Positions 31,000 to 42,396 of a DNA stretch of 64,000 nt are shown here, in pieces; the stretch's first letter is position 1, and each line of letters starts with the position of its first letter. The stretch comes from Bacteroidota bacterium (GTDB taxonomy: Bacteria > Bacteroidota > Ignavibacteria > 0-14-0-80-59-12). The position numbers and the translations under genes were made by a program. The stretch is taken from contig JBMFJZ010000001.1 of NCBI GenBank assembly GCA_049973045.1, positions 473,363-537,362 of the forward strand, read 5' to 3'. The notes under the pieces were generated by a model. The model worked only from the letters and a program-made list of their open reading frames with translations. It did no database searches and was not told where the DNA came from.

Positions 31000-31033
31000 G
31001 AATATTGCACTATACGCCCGCTGACCATCTCAG

Positions 31034-31393
31034 TCACGAACCAAGATACGTTGTAATCCGCACAAGCAAATCCCGAATTTTCGCCTTGAGAGCTTCTACT
31101 TCTTCCTTTGCAAACACCCCCTCGTTCCCATCCCGCTGCGAGAGCAGTGAGGCACCCTTAAGCTTTGAAATGTCAGCATCCTTACGCTCGAGAAGGCGAC
31201 GCAATGATTCAATCTCCTGTTCCAACTTCTTCGCTCGAAGACGCAATTGAGCATTCTCTTCATGAAGCTCATGCAATCTCGACGCAGTTCTCTTTGCAAC
31301 TTCCCCGATAGCTTCTAACGCTTCTTTCATTGCATGGGCACTAGGATCAGTTGCAACATTAGCGTCTTGATAGTTTGATGACGAAACCATCAT
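31034..31393 (-). CDS. Coiled-coil protein (ZapB-like?) upstream of zapA
   Basis: Heptad-rich sequence. ATG at 31393 overlaps the pheT stop as ATGA, suggesting translational coupling. Confidence 0.5.
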   Translation of the reverse strand: MMVSSSNYQDANVATDPSAHAMKEALEAIGEVAKRTASRLHELHEENAQLRLRAKKLEQEIESLRRLLERKDADISKLKGASLLSQRDGNEGVFAKEEVEALKAKIRDLLVRITTYLGS

Positions 31394-33831
31394 TTGATCC
31401 GACTTTGGCTGGCGGAACGGAGCTCTGCTCCAATCGAGCATGCATTTTCAACTATCCGCTGAACCATCTGATCGACGATTTCCTCAGTCAGCGTCCGCTC
31501 ATCTGAGCGAAATTCTAAAGAAAACGCCATGCTTTTCTTCCCTTGCGGAACCCGCTCCCCCTCATACAAATCAAATAAGTGAACGCTCTGTAACTCCTTC
31601 AGTCCACTCCTCTCGATGGCTCCCATCAATTCCTCAGCCGACATATCAGCATTGACGAGGAATGAAACATCCCGTACAACGCTCGGATATTTTGGGAGCT
31701 CTCTAAACCGTTTCGAATGGCTACGGCACTGTTCGAGTAGAGAAATGTTTAACTCGCCAAAGTAAACGTCGTACTCAAGATCGAATCGCAGCTTTAGTTC
31801 CCGCTTTACCTTCCCAATGTATCCCAAACGGATACCATCATGTTCAAAGAACACCGTCGGCTGAACAGCCATTCCATCTATAGAATAATAAACAAAATGG
31901 ACTTTGTCAAGAAAAATCTTCTCGAAAAGGCTCTCGACCTCACCTTTTAGATCAAATAAGTCAAACAACCTCTCAGAAGAATACCAGTTAGCCCTCTCAG
32001 CAACACCAGCAATAGCCAGCCCAAGCATCTCTTCTTCAAGAATTTCATCGACAAGAACACGCTGATTTTTTTCCGTCGCCTTGCGAAATACTCTCCCGAT
32101 CTCAAAGATTTGGACGGATTTCCTACCAACGTTGAAATTAAGCTTCGCTACCTGAAGTAAACCTGGCAACAGGCTAGTTCGCAAAGCAGCCATGTCACGG
32201 CTTAGAGGATTTCTTACCAGGATCGGCTCGATGCCCCATACTCGTGCAAGCTCCTCGTCTTGCATACTGTTCGTATAAACCTCATAGTAACCACGACTTG
32301 TTAGAAAATCCCGGAGCGTATCAGGGAGATGCTCTCTTGGTGGTTCCGAACTAAACGATATCTGAGAGAAAAGCTGATCTGGAATTTTCCCGAAGCCGTA
32401 GAGCCGGGCAACTTCTTCAACGAGATCAATTTCTCGCTCTATATCAATGCGAAATGTGGGGACTTCAACATCGAAAATATCGGCGGTTTCCTGGGAGACA
32501 TGAAATCCAAGCCTCTCCAGAATGGACTGAATTTCTTCGGCATGTAGGGTCGTTCCAAGGATATCATTCGTACGAGAGACACGCAGCGAAACATGTCGCG
32601 GGCTAAAAGGCTCAGGGTAAACATCAATCACACCAGATAGAACCTCTCCCCCTGCGAGCTCAGCAATCAATTGAGCAGCTCGATTTATGGCGACGATTGT
32701 TCCATTCGGATCAGCGCCGCGTTCAAAGCGTTGGGAAGCATCTGTGGTAAGCCCAAGTCGCTTCGAGGTGCGTCGAATGCGCCACGGAGCGAAGTATGCA
32801 CTCTCTAACAAAATGTTCGTGGTTGACGAGCTTATTTCAGAGTTCGCCCCACCCATTATGCCAGCAATAGCAACGCCCCGTTCTCCATCGCAGATAAGCA
32901 CAGCTTCGCTATCGAGAGTCCGCCCCTTCCCATCCAGTGTCACAAAATATTCACCATCTCTTGCACGGCGGACAACAATTCGATGCCCGACGAGCCTATC
33001 AAGATCAAAAGCGTGAAGGGGGTGACCGAACTCCAGCATGACATAGTTCGTCACATCGACAACATTGTTGATTGGGCGGAGTCCCACAGCTTCAAGGCGT
33101 TGCTGCAGCCACCGCGGTGAAGGACCAATCTTCGCACCGCGAATCACACGCGCAGAGTACCGCGGGCATCCTTCCAGGTCTTCAATCACTACAGAGGCAA
33201 CTGAAGAGGCGGGTAAATCACTCTCTTGCACAATAACACGAGGCAATCGCAACATCGACCTGGTTGCGGCAGCGATCTCTCGAGCAATGCCAATGTGACT
33301 CAGACAATCGGGACGGTTTGGCGTTACTCCAATGCTCATGACAACATCAGATAAGCCGAGGAACTCAGCGAATGGCGTTCCCACCTCCGCCGATTGATCA
33401 AGAACGAGAATCCCTTCTTTATCGTCGCCAAGATCGAGTTCAAACGCGGAACAGATCATTCCATTTGATTCGACTCCCCGGATCTTCGTGCGCTCAAGCT
33501 GGAATGGCAAGCCTTTCGGGTCATGCTGGTTTCGAGGGATAACTGCTCCCACACGTGCAACTACAACTTTCTGTCCTGCTGCAACGTTTGGCGCACCACA
33601 AACAATCTGTAACTGTTCCCCCCCTACATCCACGGAGCAGACACTCAAGTGATTCGCATTTGGGTGTTTTGTTCGCTCAAGGACTTTGCCGACTACGAAG
33701 TTTGCGTATTTCGCTCCACGCTCCTCCAGACTCTCAACCTCAAGCCCAAGCATCGTAAGAGTCTCAGCTAATTCGGAGGGTTCAAGCGAAATATCGACGT
33801 ACTCGCGTAACCAGTTGAGAGAAATGTTCAT
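31390..33831 (-). CDS. pheT: Phenylalanine--tRNA ligase beta subunit
   Basis: [13 protein letters not shown]-terminus, B3/4 and tRNA-binding domains, 813 aa. Confidence 0.9.
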   Translation of the reverse strand: MNISLNWLREYVDISLEPSELAETLTMLGLEVESLEERGAKYANFVVGKVLERTKHPNANHLSVCSVDVGGEQLQIVCGAPNVAAGQKVVVARVGAVIPRNQHDPKGLPFQLERTKIRGVESNGMICSAFELDLGDDKEGILVLDQSAEVGTPFAEFLGLSDVVMSIGVTPNRPDCLSHIGIAREIAAATRSMLRLPRVIVQESDLPASSVASVVIEDLEGCPRYSARVIRGAKIGPSPRWLQQRLEAVGLRPINNVVDVTNYVMLEFGHPLHAFDLDRLVGHRIVVRRARDGEYFVTLDGKGRTLDSEAVLICDGERGVAIAGIMGGANSEISSSTTNILLESAYFAPWRIRRTSKRLGLTTDASQRFERGADPNGTIVAINRAAQLIAELAGGEVLSGVIDVYPEPFSPRHVSLRVSRTNDILGTTLHAEEIQSILERLGFHVSQETADIFDVEVPTFRIDIEREIDLVEEVARLYGFGKIPDQLFSQISFSSEPPREHLPDTLRDFLTSRGYYEVYTNSMQDEELARVWGIEPILVRNPLSRDMAALRTSLLPGLLQVAKLNFNVGRKSVQIFEIGRVFRKATEKNQRVLVDEILEEEMLGLAIAGVAERANWYSSERLFDLFDLKGEVESLFEKIFLDKVHFVYYSIDGMAVQPTVFFEHDGIRLGYIGKVKRELKLRFDLEYDVYFGELNISLLEQCRSHSKRFRELPKYPSVVRDVSFLVNADMSAEELMGAIERSGLKELQSVHLFDLYEGERVPQGKKSMAFSLEFRSDERTLTEEIVDQMVQRIVENACSIGAELRSASQSRIK

Positions 33832-33855
33832 TGTTTGTGATCAATTCCTGTAAAA

Positions 33856-34878
33856 TTAAAACTGCTCAAGAAAGCGCAGATCATTGTCATAGAACAACCT
33901 GATGTCCTCAATACCATAGCGCAGCATAGCGATACGCTCTATCCCCATGCCGAAGGCGTAGCCAGTGTATTCTTCGGGATCATAGCCAACAGCCTTAAAT
34001 ACATTTGGGTCGACCATACCGCATCCAAGGATTTCTAACCAGCCAGTATATTTGCACACGCGACAACCTTTTCCACCGCAGAGAAAGCAGGAAATGTCCA
34101 TTTCAGCGCTCGGTTCAGTAAACGGGAAGAAACTTGGTCGAAACCGATAGCGGAGATTCTCACCGTAGAATTGCTTTGCAAATGATGCGAGGGTTCCTTT
34201 CAACTCAGCAAAAGTTATGTGATGGTCGACAGTTAGACCTTCAACTTGGTGGAAGAGACAGTAGCTTCGTGCGCTGATGGCTTCGTTCCGGTACACTCGT
34301 CCGGGAATGATAACCCGAATTGGTGGTCTCGAATGCTCCATCACCCGGATCTGCACCGGTGAAGTGTGCGTTCGAAGAAGCACCGTGTCCGTAATAAAGA
34401 ATGTGTCCTGCATATCGCGGGCAGGGTGATCTGGCGGAAAATTGAGCGCCTCAAAATTATGGTAATCATCTTCAACCTCCGGTCCTTCTGCAACACTGAA
34501 TCCCATCGATTGAAAAATCCGCTTGATATCACGAAGCGTCTGTGTCAGAGGATGAAGAGAAGCAAAAGGACGACGTCGTCCGGGAAGACTGAGGTCGATC
34601 TTTAGTTCCGCCGGATGGGGAGCAGACAAACGGCTCCTAAGCGAGTCAAATTCGCTTTGGGCGTAATCCCTAAGATCGTTGAGAACTTTCCCCGCTTGTT
34701 TGCGTTCTTCCAGCGGTAAGGTTTTTAGTTCATCAAAAAGAGATGGGATAGCACCTTTCCGGGCAAGAAACCGGATACGGAGAGCCTCAAGATCGCTTAG
34801 AGTCTCAACGCGTACAAGTGCTTCTTCAAACTCGCGCTGAAGCGACTCTGCCCGATTTCGAATTTCCTGAAGGTTCAA
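33856..34878 (-). CDS. pheS: Phenylalanine--tRNA ligase alpha subunit
   Basis: Class-II aaRS motifs ([21 protein letters not shown]); TTG start. Confidence 0.9.
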   Translation of the reverse strand: MNLQEIRNRAESLQREFEEALVRVETLSDLEALRIRFLARKGAIPSLFDELKTLPLEERKQAGKVLNDLRDYAQSEFDSLRSRLSAPHPAELKIDLSLPGRRRPFASLHPLTQTLRDIKRIFQSMGFSVAEGPEVEDDYHNFEALNFPPDHPARDMQDTFFITDTVLLRTHTSPVQIRVMEHSRPPIRVIIPGRVYRNEAISARSYCLFHQVEGLTVDHHITFAELKGTLASFAKQFYGENLRYRFRPSFFPFTEPSAEMDISCFLCGGKGCRVCKYTGWLEILGCGMVDPNVFKAVGYDPEEYTGYAFGMGIERIAMLRYGIEDIRLFYDNDLRFLEQF

Positions 34879-34985
34879 CGTAAATCCTTTGCGAGATATA
34901 AAAATACCCCTTTTGCTGTGGCTTTAGTAGCTCAGCAAAGGGGACTATCTACAAAGCCACCGATACGACAAAGGGGATTAGTGAA

Positions 34986-35333
34986 TCATGCAACAGCAAA
35001 TCTTACAATCTCGGCGAATGCATCAGAATTTCGCACTGCGAGATCTGCAAGGAGCTTGCGGTTGATCTCAATATGCTTCTTATTAAGTCCAGCGATAAGT
35101 TTTGAATACGAAATCCCGTGAGCTCGTGCGGCTGCATTGATACGAGCGATCCACAACTGTCGGAAATTCCGTTTCTTTGTACGCCGATCACGATACTCAT
35201 ATTGGAGCGCTTTATCTACATGATGCTTTGCAATTGTGTAGACTTTGCTTCGTGCACCCCAATATCCTTTTGCCTGTTCCAGAACCTTTTTCCGTCTGCG
35301 ATGTGATGCCGGTTTATTTCGTGCCCGTGGCAT
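34986..35333 (-). CDS. rplT: 50S ribosomal protein L20
   Basis: [16 protein letters not shown]... L20 signature; ATG at 35333. Confidence 0.9.
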   Translation of the reverse strand: MPRARNKPASHRRRKKVLEQAKGYWGARSKVYTIAKHHVDKALQYEYRDRRTKKRNFRQLWIARINAAARAHGISYSKLIAGLNKKHIEINRKLLADLAVRNSDAFAEIVRFAVA

Positions 35334-35355
35334 TTCTTTTCCTCCATTAAAATCT

Positions 35356-35550
35356 TTACACAATAATCATCTGTTTCACACGCTTTTCATCAGCCTTTGA
35401 GACAAGAGCTGGTCTCCTCAAGTGACGTTTTCGCTTTCTGGATTTTGAGGTAAGTATGTGGCTGCGGTATGCGTGACGTCTTTTGTATTTTCCAGAAGCG
35501 GTTCTACGAAACGATTTCATTGCACCGCGATTGCTCTTCATCTTTGGCAT
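35356..35550 (-). CDS. rpmI: 50S ribosomal protein L35
   Basis: [17 protein letters not shown]... L35 signature, 64 aa. Confidence 0.9.
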   Translation of the reverse strand: MPKMKSNRGAMKSFRRTASGKYKRRHAYRSHILTSKSRKRKRHLRRPALVSKADEKRVKQMIIV

Positions 35551-35565
35551 GTTACTCTATCCTTT

Positions 35566-36114
35566 CTACATTGGCGTTGGCTGTGACTGATCCTGGGGAG
35601 GTTTCTTTGAAGGTTTCTTCTTCGAACGATCCGGCGCGAAGAGAAGGCTCATCATCCTCCCTTCCATTCGGGCTTCCTGTTCTATCTTTCCGATATCACC
35701 CAAGGCTTCGCCAAGGCGTTGCAGAAGTGCTTCTCCTTGCTCCCGGTAAGTAATCTCTCTCCCTTTGAAAACCACACTTGCCTTCACCTTGTGTCCATCT
35801 TCAAGGAATTTGCGTGCATGGCGCACCTTAAATGCAAAATCATGTTCATCCGTGTTGACATGGAATCGGACTTCCTTCACCAACGTTGTCTGCTGATGTT
35901 TTCTCTGCAGCTTCTCACGACGCGATTGTTCATAGCGATACTTACCATAATCTATGATTTTGCAGACTGGTGGATCAGCATTAGGGACAATTTCTACAAG
36001 ATCCAACCCTTGATCCGAAGCTAACCGCAGAGCTTCAGGAACACTCATGATTCCGTATTGATGTCCATCTTCACTGACAACTCGAACCCTTGGGGCACGA
36101 ATGTCTTCATTCAC
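35566..36114 (-). CDS. infC: Translation initiation factor IF-3
   Basis: IF3 N- and C-domains. No AUG at the start: GTG at 36114 or ATT at 36120, consistent with the autoregulated non-AUG infC start. Confidence 0.85.
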   Translation of the reverse strand: MNEDIRAPRVRVVSEDGHQYGIMSVPEALRLASDQGLDLVEIVPNADPPVCKIIDYGKYRYEQSRREKLQRKHQQTTLVKEVRFHVNTDEHDFAFKVRHARKFLEDGHKVKASVVFKGREITYREQGEALLQRLGEALGDIGKIEQEARMEGRMMSLLFAPDRSKKKPSKKPPQDQSQPTPM

Positions 36115-36145
36115 TCGAATCCGATTGTCCGGGATACGCCGTCTC

Positions 36146-38068
36146 CTATGTTGTGAGTACCTTTGTTTCGATTTCTTCTACAATTTTCTTGACAAATTGC
36201 TCCGTTGGAATCACGCCACGATCTCCTTTCCCATGCTGACGCACCGAAACCGTGCCGGTATTTTTCTCCTTCTCACCGAGGATCAGCATGTAGGGTACCT
36301 TCTTCACCTCCCACTCACGAATCTTGTAGTTGATTTTCTCATTCCTATCATCAAGCTGAACGCGAACAGTATACGACTGAAGTTGATGCAGCACGTGCTC
36401 AGCGTATTCATACTGCCCTTCTGTAATTGGGATAACAACGACCTGAACTGGAGAGAGCCAAAGAGGGAACGCTCCGCCGAAATGTTCTGTCAAAATGCCA
36501 ACAAATCGCTCGAATGAACCAAAAATTGCGCGATGAATCATCACAGGGCGAACACGCTTGCCGGCTTCATCAACGTACTCTAACCCAAATCGCTCCGGCA
36601 TCTGAAAATCTAACTGGATCGTAGCCAGTTGCCATGAGCGACCCAGTACATCTTTGATCTGCACATCGATCTTCGGTCCATAAAAAGCTCCCTCACCCGG
36701 TTTCAGCTGATAGGCAATCTTTTTCTCCTCAAGGGCTTCGGCAAGAGCTCTTTCAGCTTTCTCCCAGAGAGCTGGATCACCCATTGCTTTCTCTGGCTTA
36801 GTAGAAAGATTGAATTCTGATGAGAAACCGAACAAAGAATAAAACTTCAAAACAAGATCAAGTAGCCCGCCAATTTCTGAGAGAATCTGGTCTGGTCGGC
36901 AATATATGTGAGCATCATCCATTGTGATTTGCCGCACCCGAAACATTCCACCAAGTGCACCTGAAATCTCGTTCCTGTGAAGCCGACCGATCTCGGAGTA
37001 TCGCAACGGTAACTCGCGATAACTGCGCACTTTTTGTCTGTACACGAATGTGCTCTCGGGGCAGTTCATTGGCTTCAAGCTGTAGATCTCATCATCGACT
37101 TCAAGAAGAAACATGTTTTCTTTATAGTGTGTCCAATGCCCCGATTGCTCCCACAAATCTTTCTTGACGAGTATAGGGGTGCTAATTTCCTGATAGCCAC
37201 GTCTATCTAATTCTTCTCTAAGAAATTTTTCAAGCTCACGATAAATGATCATGCCGTTTGGCAACCAGAAGGGTGCACCCGGAGAAACCTCGTGGAAGAC
37301 AAACAGTTCTAATTCTTTCCCCAACCGCCGGTGATCCCTTCGCTTCGCCTCTTCAAGACGATGGAGATAGTCATCGAGATCGCTCTTCTTAGGAAACGAA
37401 ATTCCGTAAATACGCTGAAGCGTTTTATTCTTGCTATCGCCTCTCCAATACGAGGATGAAACACTGAGGAGTTTGAAATTCTTTAGCTTTCCTGTAGACG
37501 GAACGTGAGGTCCTCGACATAAGTCAACAAAATTCCCCTCACGGTAAATGCTCACCGTCTCCGAAGATTGATCAATCTCGTTAAGAATTTCGACCTTATA
37601 CGGATCCTGCTTTTCAGAGAAAAGCTTTAGAGCCGCCTCTTTTGTAAGTTCTTCTCTTTCGAATGGTTCGTCTTTCTTGCTCAGCTCAAGCATACGCTTT
37701 TCTATCTGCGCAAGATCCTCTGGCACAAGCTGCTTGTCGACATCAATATCATAGTAGAAACCCTCGTCAATGGCAGGTCCAACTCCAAATTTTGCACCAG
37801 GGAAAAGGTCCTCGACCGCATGTGCCATCAAGTGAGATGTGCTGTGCCAGTAAACTTCGCGTCCCTCGGGATCATCGAATGTGAGAATACGCACAGTGGC
37901 ATCATGAAAAAGGTGGGTGCTGAGATCAACGGCTTTCCCATCAACAATTGCGGCAAGTGCCTCCTCTGCTAAGTGAGAAGAGATGGAACGCGCGATCTCA
38001 AAGAGAGTGATCCCGGAGGGATATTCCTTTTTACTCCCATCAGGTAATGTTATCCGAATGTTTCCCAT
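36146..38068 (-). CDS. thrS: Threonine--tRNA ligase
   Basis: TGS domain N-terminus, class-II core and anticodon-binding domain, 640 aa. Confidence 0.9.
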   Translation of the reverse strand: MGNIRITLPDGSKKEYPSGITLFEIARSISSHLAEEALAAIVDGKAVDLSTHLFHDATVRILTFDDPEGREVYWHSTSHLMAHAVEDLFPGAKFGVGPAIDEGFYYDIDVDKQLVPEDLAQIEKRMLELSKKDEPFEREELTKEAALKLFSEKQDPYKVEILNEIDQSSETVSIYREGNFVDLCRGPHVPSTGKLKNFKLLSVSSSYWRGDSKNKTLQRIYGISFPKKSDLDDYLHRLEEAKRRDHRRLGKELELFVFHEVSPGAPFWLPNGMIIYRELEKFLREELDRRGYQEISTPILVKKDLWEQSGHWTHYKENMFLLEVDDEIYSLKPMNCPESTFVYRQKVRSYRELPLRYSEIGRLHRNEISGALGGMFRVRQITMDDAHIYCRPDQILSEIGGLLDLVLKFYSLFGFSSEFNLSTKPEKAMGDPALWEKAERALAEALEEKKIAYQLKPGEGAFYGPKIDVQIKDVLGRSWQLATIQLDFQMPERFGLEYVDEAGKRVRPVMIHRAIFGSFERFVGILTEHFGGAFPLWLSPVQVVVIPITEGQYEYAEHVLHQLQSYTVRVQLDDRNEKINYKIREWEVKKVPYMLILGEKEKNTGTVSVRQHGKGDRGVIPTEQFVKKIVEEIETKVLTT

Positions 38069-38092
38069 CCTTTCAAAAGCGAATTAACCCAG

Positions 38093-38167
38093 TGGGCCGT
38101 AGTGGATTCGAACCACTGACCTCTACCGTGTCAAGGTAGCACTCTAAACCATCTGAGCTAACGGCCC
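38093..38167 (-). tRNA. tRNA-Val (anticodon GAC)
   Basis: Reverse complement folds as GGGCCGTTAGCTCAGATGGTTTAGAGTG...anticodon loop TTGACAC...GGTTCGAATCC. Confidence 0.85.
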
Positions 38168-38312
38168 ATAGAACTGAACTTGAACAATTTACTAAAACAA
38201 AACATAATTTCCCAATCCCTTCAGTCAATCCCTATAACCCGCCTATAGCAAGCTATGAGAACCTGGATCTTGCTTCATCAAATTAAATCAACGGGAATGA
38301 GGCTGATGGGTG

Positions 38313-38400
38313 TGCCGAGGGCCGGAATCGAACCGGCACTCCCCGTCTCTGGGGAAAAGGATTTTAAGTCCTTCGCGTCTACCTATTCCGCCACCCCGGC
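38313..38400 (-). tRNA. tRNA-Leu (anticodon TAA)
   Basis: Reverse complement GCCGGGGTGGCGGAATAGGTAGACGCG...anticodon loop CTTAAAA, long variable arm, GGTTCGATTCC. Confidence 0.85.
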
Positions 38401-38473
38401 GAACTCTGGTTTCTTGTTCGACTGTAAAGTGAATTGCTGTATTCAAGATATGAGCCACTTTAACTTTTCGGGT

Positions 38474-38707
38474 TCACTGCTGCGGGTGCTGCTTCTCTTC
38501 CGGAGAATGCGCTCTCCTCGATGACCGAGGCCAATACCAGCTCCACCAATATTGCTCCCGCCGTTGGCGGGAAGAAAAAATCATGGAGAGACCCCAGATA
38601 ATCAATAAACTGGGCCAGATAACGTCCCACGCACTTCCTGAGATGAATCCTAAATTCTTTAGAAGAAAAATAACACCAATGACAATCAGAATTAATGGAA
38701 AAAACAT
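38474..38707 (-). CDS. Small (77 aa) membrane protein with Trp-rich C-terminus (hypothetical; LiaF/PspC-like TM region?)
   Basis: ATG at 38707 with an AGAGGA RBS. Two predicted TM helices, then a WWSWYW basic tail. Lies inside the tRNA cluster. Confidence 0.45.
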   Translation of the reverse strand: MFFPLILIVIGVIFLLKNLGFISGSAWDVIWPSLLIIWGLSMIFSSRQRREQYWWSWYWPRSSRRAHSPEEKQHPQQ

Positions 38708-38749
38708 TTCAACAATTCCTCTTTGCACTTGCAAACAAAGTAGACCTTG

Positions 38750-38822
38750 AGGCGCCGGGCGGATTCGAACCGCCGAATCGAGGTTTTGCAGACCTCTCCC
38801 TTAGCCACTTGGGTACGGCGCC
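38750..38822 (-). tRNA. tRNA-Cys (anticodon GCA)
   Basis: Reverse complement GGCGCCGTACCCAAGTGGCTAAGGGAGAGGTCTGCAAAACCTC...GGTTCGAATCC. Confidence 0.85.
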
Positions 38823-38928
38823 GTAGAGACCTTGTGCTGAGATAGAATAGCCCCGCTCCTTAACAGCATGCCAAAGTTCGTGGATTGCGGGGCCATCCCT
38901 AAGGAGGTGCTTTCCGAAAAACGCCTTG

Positions 38929-39001
<73 letters not shown>

Positions 39002-39099
39002 AGCTTTTATCCTAAAAAGATCACCTCTAAAAATATAGCCTGAATATTTCAAAAAGTCAAGATAAACGCAAAGCCGAAAACCGCCACCAAAGACAAACG

Positions 39100-40596
39100 T
39101 CATTGTGTCCCATCATGGCAATCACTGCATAAAGATGTTCTCCACGAATCTCCTATGTCAACCGGATGATTGAAGGGGACTCCTGAAAGATTTACGTCAT
39201 GAACGGGATTGTTCCCTTGCGAAAGTATAATATGACAAGTCTGACAATCATTAGAAATTATCTGACCATCATTGCTCTTATGTTTGCCGTCATGGCAACG
39301 GAAGCATCCCGGATTACTGTGATGACCTATGTTGTCCCGGTACGCACGCCAGTCAACTCGCATGGATGGGAAAAAATTTTCTCGATAAATAGACTGTAGA
39401 GAGGCAATGGCAGAATCAATAGCCAGTCTCCGAGAAATGTAAATGTCGGGGTAGTTTTGTCTATAAAAAGTTTGCACATATAAGGCGATACTGTCAAGAG
39501 CATTCTCTGCGGTCGTGTAACGAGGAATTAAGGCTTGCACAGAAACTTGCTTAATAAGCGGGAGGTCACGGCTGATGCGATTTCTGGCAATCGCTTCGTT
39601 AACAGCACCGTTGGGAGTCTTGATTATGTGGGTGGGACGATTATGGCAATCCATACAGTCCATAGTGGAGATTTTTGCTTTCTGCACCTCCTCGAGAGAA
39701 ATTGGACTATCCTCAGAAATAAAAATAATTGGCTTGCGTCCCGGATATTCGAGGCTAACCCATGGTATAATTTGCTGTGCTGAATCAGTCGCAAAGTATC
39801 GGACTACCGCATTTGACACATGCCAGTGGACACCGGGGCGGGGTTCCTCCGTTATCATCCCGCTCCCAATCTTCAACAGCATATCGATAGTCCATGGCGT
39901 ATTAGCAGTGTCTGAAAGAAAGTACTCGTGAATGATCCTCTTCTCACCGAGGAACGCCCTTGGCCAGTGGCATTCTTCACAGGTTTCACGGGCAGGGCGC
40001 AAGTTTTTAATAGGGGTTGGGATGGGGCGAGGATACTTATTGAAAACTGTAGCGTAAATCTGGTATGCGCCGGACAGCTTTGATCGGACATACCAGCTTG
40101 CCCCAGGACCCACATGGCATTCCACACATGCTACTCGAGCATGAGGGGAGTGTTGGTAAGTTGTATATTCAGGCTTCATCACTTTGTGACATGTCAGACC
40201 ACAGAACTGAACCGATTCTGTATACTCAAAAGCACGGTAACTCCCCACCGCGCTAAAAAGGAGAAGAACAAGTGTTGTAATTGAGAAAAAGAAAAACACG
40301 GAACGTTGCCTCGGATCATTGAGGTCAATCCTGGGCAGAGGAGGCTTCTCCACCCCAGCCATACGATGCCGACGACGGCGTTCGATCAATGCCCCAAGGG
40401 GAACGATAAATAAACCAAGAAGGAGAATGGCTGGAAGCAGAATGTACGTAATGAGACCGAGATAGGGCGCCGTTGCAGTGGTAACCAAATCAACGAGCAT
40501 GAGGAACACAATCATTGCAAAGCTTACAGCCGCGATGGCGCCACCAACAAGGCTAATTGGATTATATAGAATATCTGGCAACCTTTTCTTCGTCAT
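39100..40596 (-). CDS. Membrane-anchored multiheme cytochrome c (NapC/NrfH-superfamily-like, about 7 heme sites)
   Basis: Two N-terminal TM helices. Six CxxCH motifs (CVECH, CEECH, CMDCH, CFRCH, CQTCH, CSDCH) plus one CGLTCH (CX3CH). GAGGTG RBS. Confidence 0.8.
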   Translation of the reverse strand: MTKKRLPDILYNPISLVGGAIAAVSFAMIVFLMLVDLVTTATAPYLGLITYILLPAILLLGLFIVPLGALIERRRRHRMAGVEKPPLPRIDLNDPRQRSVFFFFSITTLVLLLFSAVGSYRAFEYTESVQFCGLTCHKVMKPEYTTYQHSPHARVACVECHVGPGASWYVRSKLSGAYQIYATVFNKYPRPIPTPIKNLRPARETCEECHWPRAFLGEKRIIHEYFLSDTANTPWTIDMLLKIGSGMITEEPRPGVHWHVSNAVVRYFATDSAQQIIPWVSLEYPGRKPIIFISEDSPISLEEVQKAKISTMDCMDCHNRPTHIIKTPNGAVNEAIARNRISRDLPLIKQVSVQALIPRYTTAENALDSIALYVQTFYRQNYPDIYISRRLAIDSAIASLQSIYRENFFPSMRVDWRAYRDNIGHHSNPGCFRCHDGKHKSNDGQIISNDCQTCHIILSQGNNPVHDVNLSGVPFNHPVDIGDSWRTSLCSDCHDGTQ

Positions 40597-40899
40597 GTTT
40601 CACCTCTAAGTATGTAAAAAGTAGCAAACATAAAATTACTCTCTTTCCAGCTTTGATTCAACGATGCTAAAAGTCCCATAACCCAATTTATCGCTTCTTT
40701 CATACCGCAGTTGACAACCCCAGAGAGCTTAGTGCTACATGTCGCGGGACAAAAGGCTGGATTCACTAAGCTGAAACTACCCCGCTTGAAAATTTAACAA
40801 AAGAATCGGAGATTGCAAACTCCTCCACGTGCTGGTTGATTCTTAGCCCTTATTTTCGTACCTTAATTTAGTCTTACACCCTTTCCATGATAAGGGTCT

Positions 40900-42396
40900 A
40901 TGTCGATGTCGAAAATGCTGAATGTTCTCTTCGTTTCCAGTGAAGTCGATCCGTTCGCTAAGACCGGAGGCCTTGCCGATGTTTCAGGAGCACTTCCTCA
41001 AGCTTTAAAAGAACTGGGCATCGAAGTACGGATCATAATGCCGAGGTATGGAGCTATAGACGAAGAGAAATTCCGACTACATGAGGTAATCCGTTTGCGC
41101 GATATACCAATCCCAGTTGGACATCGCACTGAGGTTGGATGTATTAGATCCGCCTTCATTGTCGGACCAAAAACAAAGGTTCAGGTTTACTTTCTTTCGC
41201 ACGACAACTTTTTTGGGAACCGAGACTCCCTGTATGTGGATTCTTCTACAAAGAAAGATTATCCTGACAACGATGAGCGTTTTATTTTCTTTGACCGCAG
41301 CGTTCTGGAGATGCTCAAACGCCTCGGATGGCAACCGGATATTATCCATTGCAACGATTGGCAAACCGGATTGATCCCAGCTTATCTCAAGACAATTTAT
41401 AAAAGCGACCCATTCTTCAAAGATGTAAAAACCATCTTTACAATCCACAACATCGCCTACCAGGGATCCTTCCCTCGATCATCGTTCGAGAAAACAGGTC
41501 TCCCCGCGGAGACATTTACCCCGGACGGGGTTGAGTTCTATGGCAACCTCAATTTCTTAAAGGCAGGTTTGGTCTACTCCGACATACTCACCACAGTCAG
41601 CGAACGGTACGCAGAGGAGATCCGGACACTCGACGAATACGGCGCCGGGATGACTGGCATCCTTCAAAAGCGGAGGAACGACCTTTATGGGATCGTGAAT
41701 GGCATTGACTACAGCGTTTGGAATCCCGCCGTCGATTCTCTGATACCATATCGCTATAATTTGAACACACTCGATAATAAAGCCGAAAATAAAAAGATTC
41801 TGCTAAGAAAATATAACTTACAATTTGATCCAACAAAGCCACTTATCGGCTCTATTTCTCGATTGGCAGACCAGAAAGGATTCGACCTCATTGCTGAAGT
41901 CTCCGAGGAGCTGATGAAAAGAAACCTCCAGTATGTTATTCTGGGTACGGGCGAAAAGAAATATCACGAGCTATTTGAGTCACTCAGGAAGAAATATCCC
42001 ACTAAGATCGGCGTGTATCTTGGTTTCAATAATGAACTTGCCCACCTAATCGAAGCCGGCGCTGATATGTTTCTTATGCCATCACGATACGAACCATGTG
42101 GGCTCAATCAGCTCTATAGCCTGAAATACGGAACAGTTCCGATTGTTCGATCAACAGGGGGACTTGCCGATACCATCGAAGATGTGGATTTGAAAACAGG
42201 CAAAGGAACGGGATTTAAGTTCACCGAGTACAATGGATCAGCCCTTCTCGAAGCCATTGACCGAGCGTTGAAAGCCTGGCAAAATCAGGCACTCTGGCGG
42301 AAAATCATGAAGGAAGGAATGTCAAGGGATTTCTCGTGGGAAACATCCGCAAAGAAATACCTCTCGCTTTACAAGAAGCTCGCCAAGAAATCATAA
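40900..42396 (+). CDS. glgA: Glycogen synthase (ADP-glucose type)
   Basis: N-terminus VLFVSSEVDPFAKTGGLADV plus GT5/GT1 domains; the start may instead be 40915. Confidence 0.9.
   Translation: MSMSKMLNVLFVSSEVDPFAKTGGLADVSGALPQALKELGIEVRIIMPRYGAIDEEKFRLHEVIRLRDIPIPVGHRTEVGCIRSAFIVGPKTKVQVYFLSHDNFFGNRDSLYVDSSTKKDYPDNDERFIFFDRSVLEMLKRLGWQPDIIHCNDWQTGLIPAYLKTIYKSDPFFKDVKTIFTIHNIAYQGSFPRSSFEKTGLPAETFTPDGVEFYGNLNFLKAGLVYSDILTTVSERYAEEIRTLDEYGAGMTGILQKRRNDLYGIVNGIDYSVWNPAVDSLIPYRYNLNTLDNKAENKKILLRKYNLQFDPTKPLIGSISRLADQKGFDLIAEVSEELMKRNLQYVILGTGEKKYHELFESLRKKYPTKIGVYLGFNNELAHLIEAGADMFLMPSRYEPCGLNQLYSLKYGTVPIVRSTGGLADTIEDVDLKTGKGTGFKFTEYNGSALLEAIDRALKAWQNQALWRKIMKEGMSRDFSWETSAKKYLSLYKKLAKKS

Noticed and set aside
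38255-38524. 89-aa ORF across tRNA-Leu(TAA)
   Set aside because: Overlaps the tRNA on the opposite strand; no coding signal.
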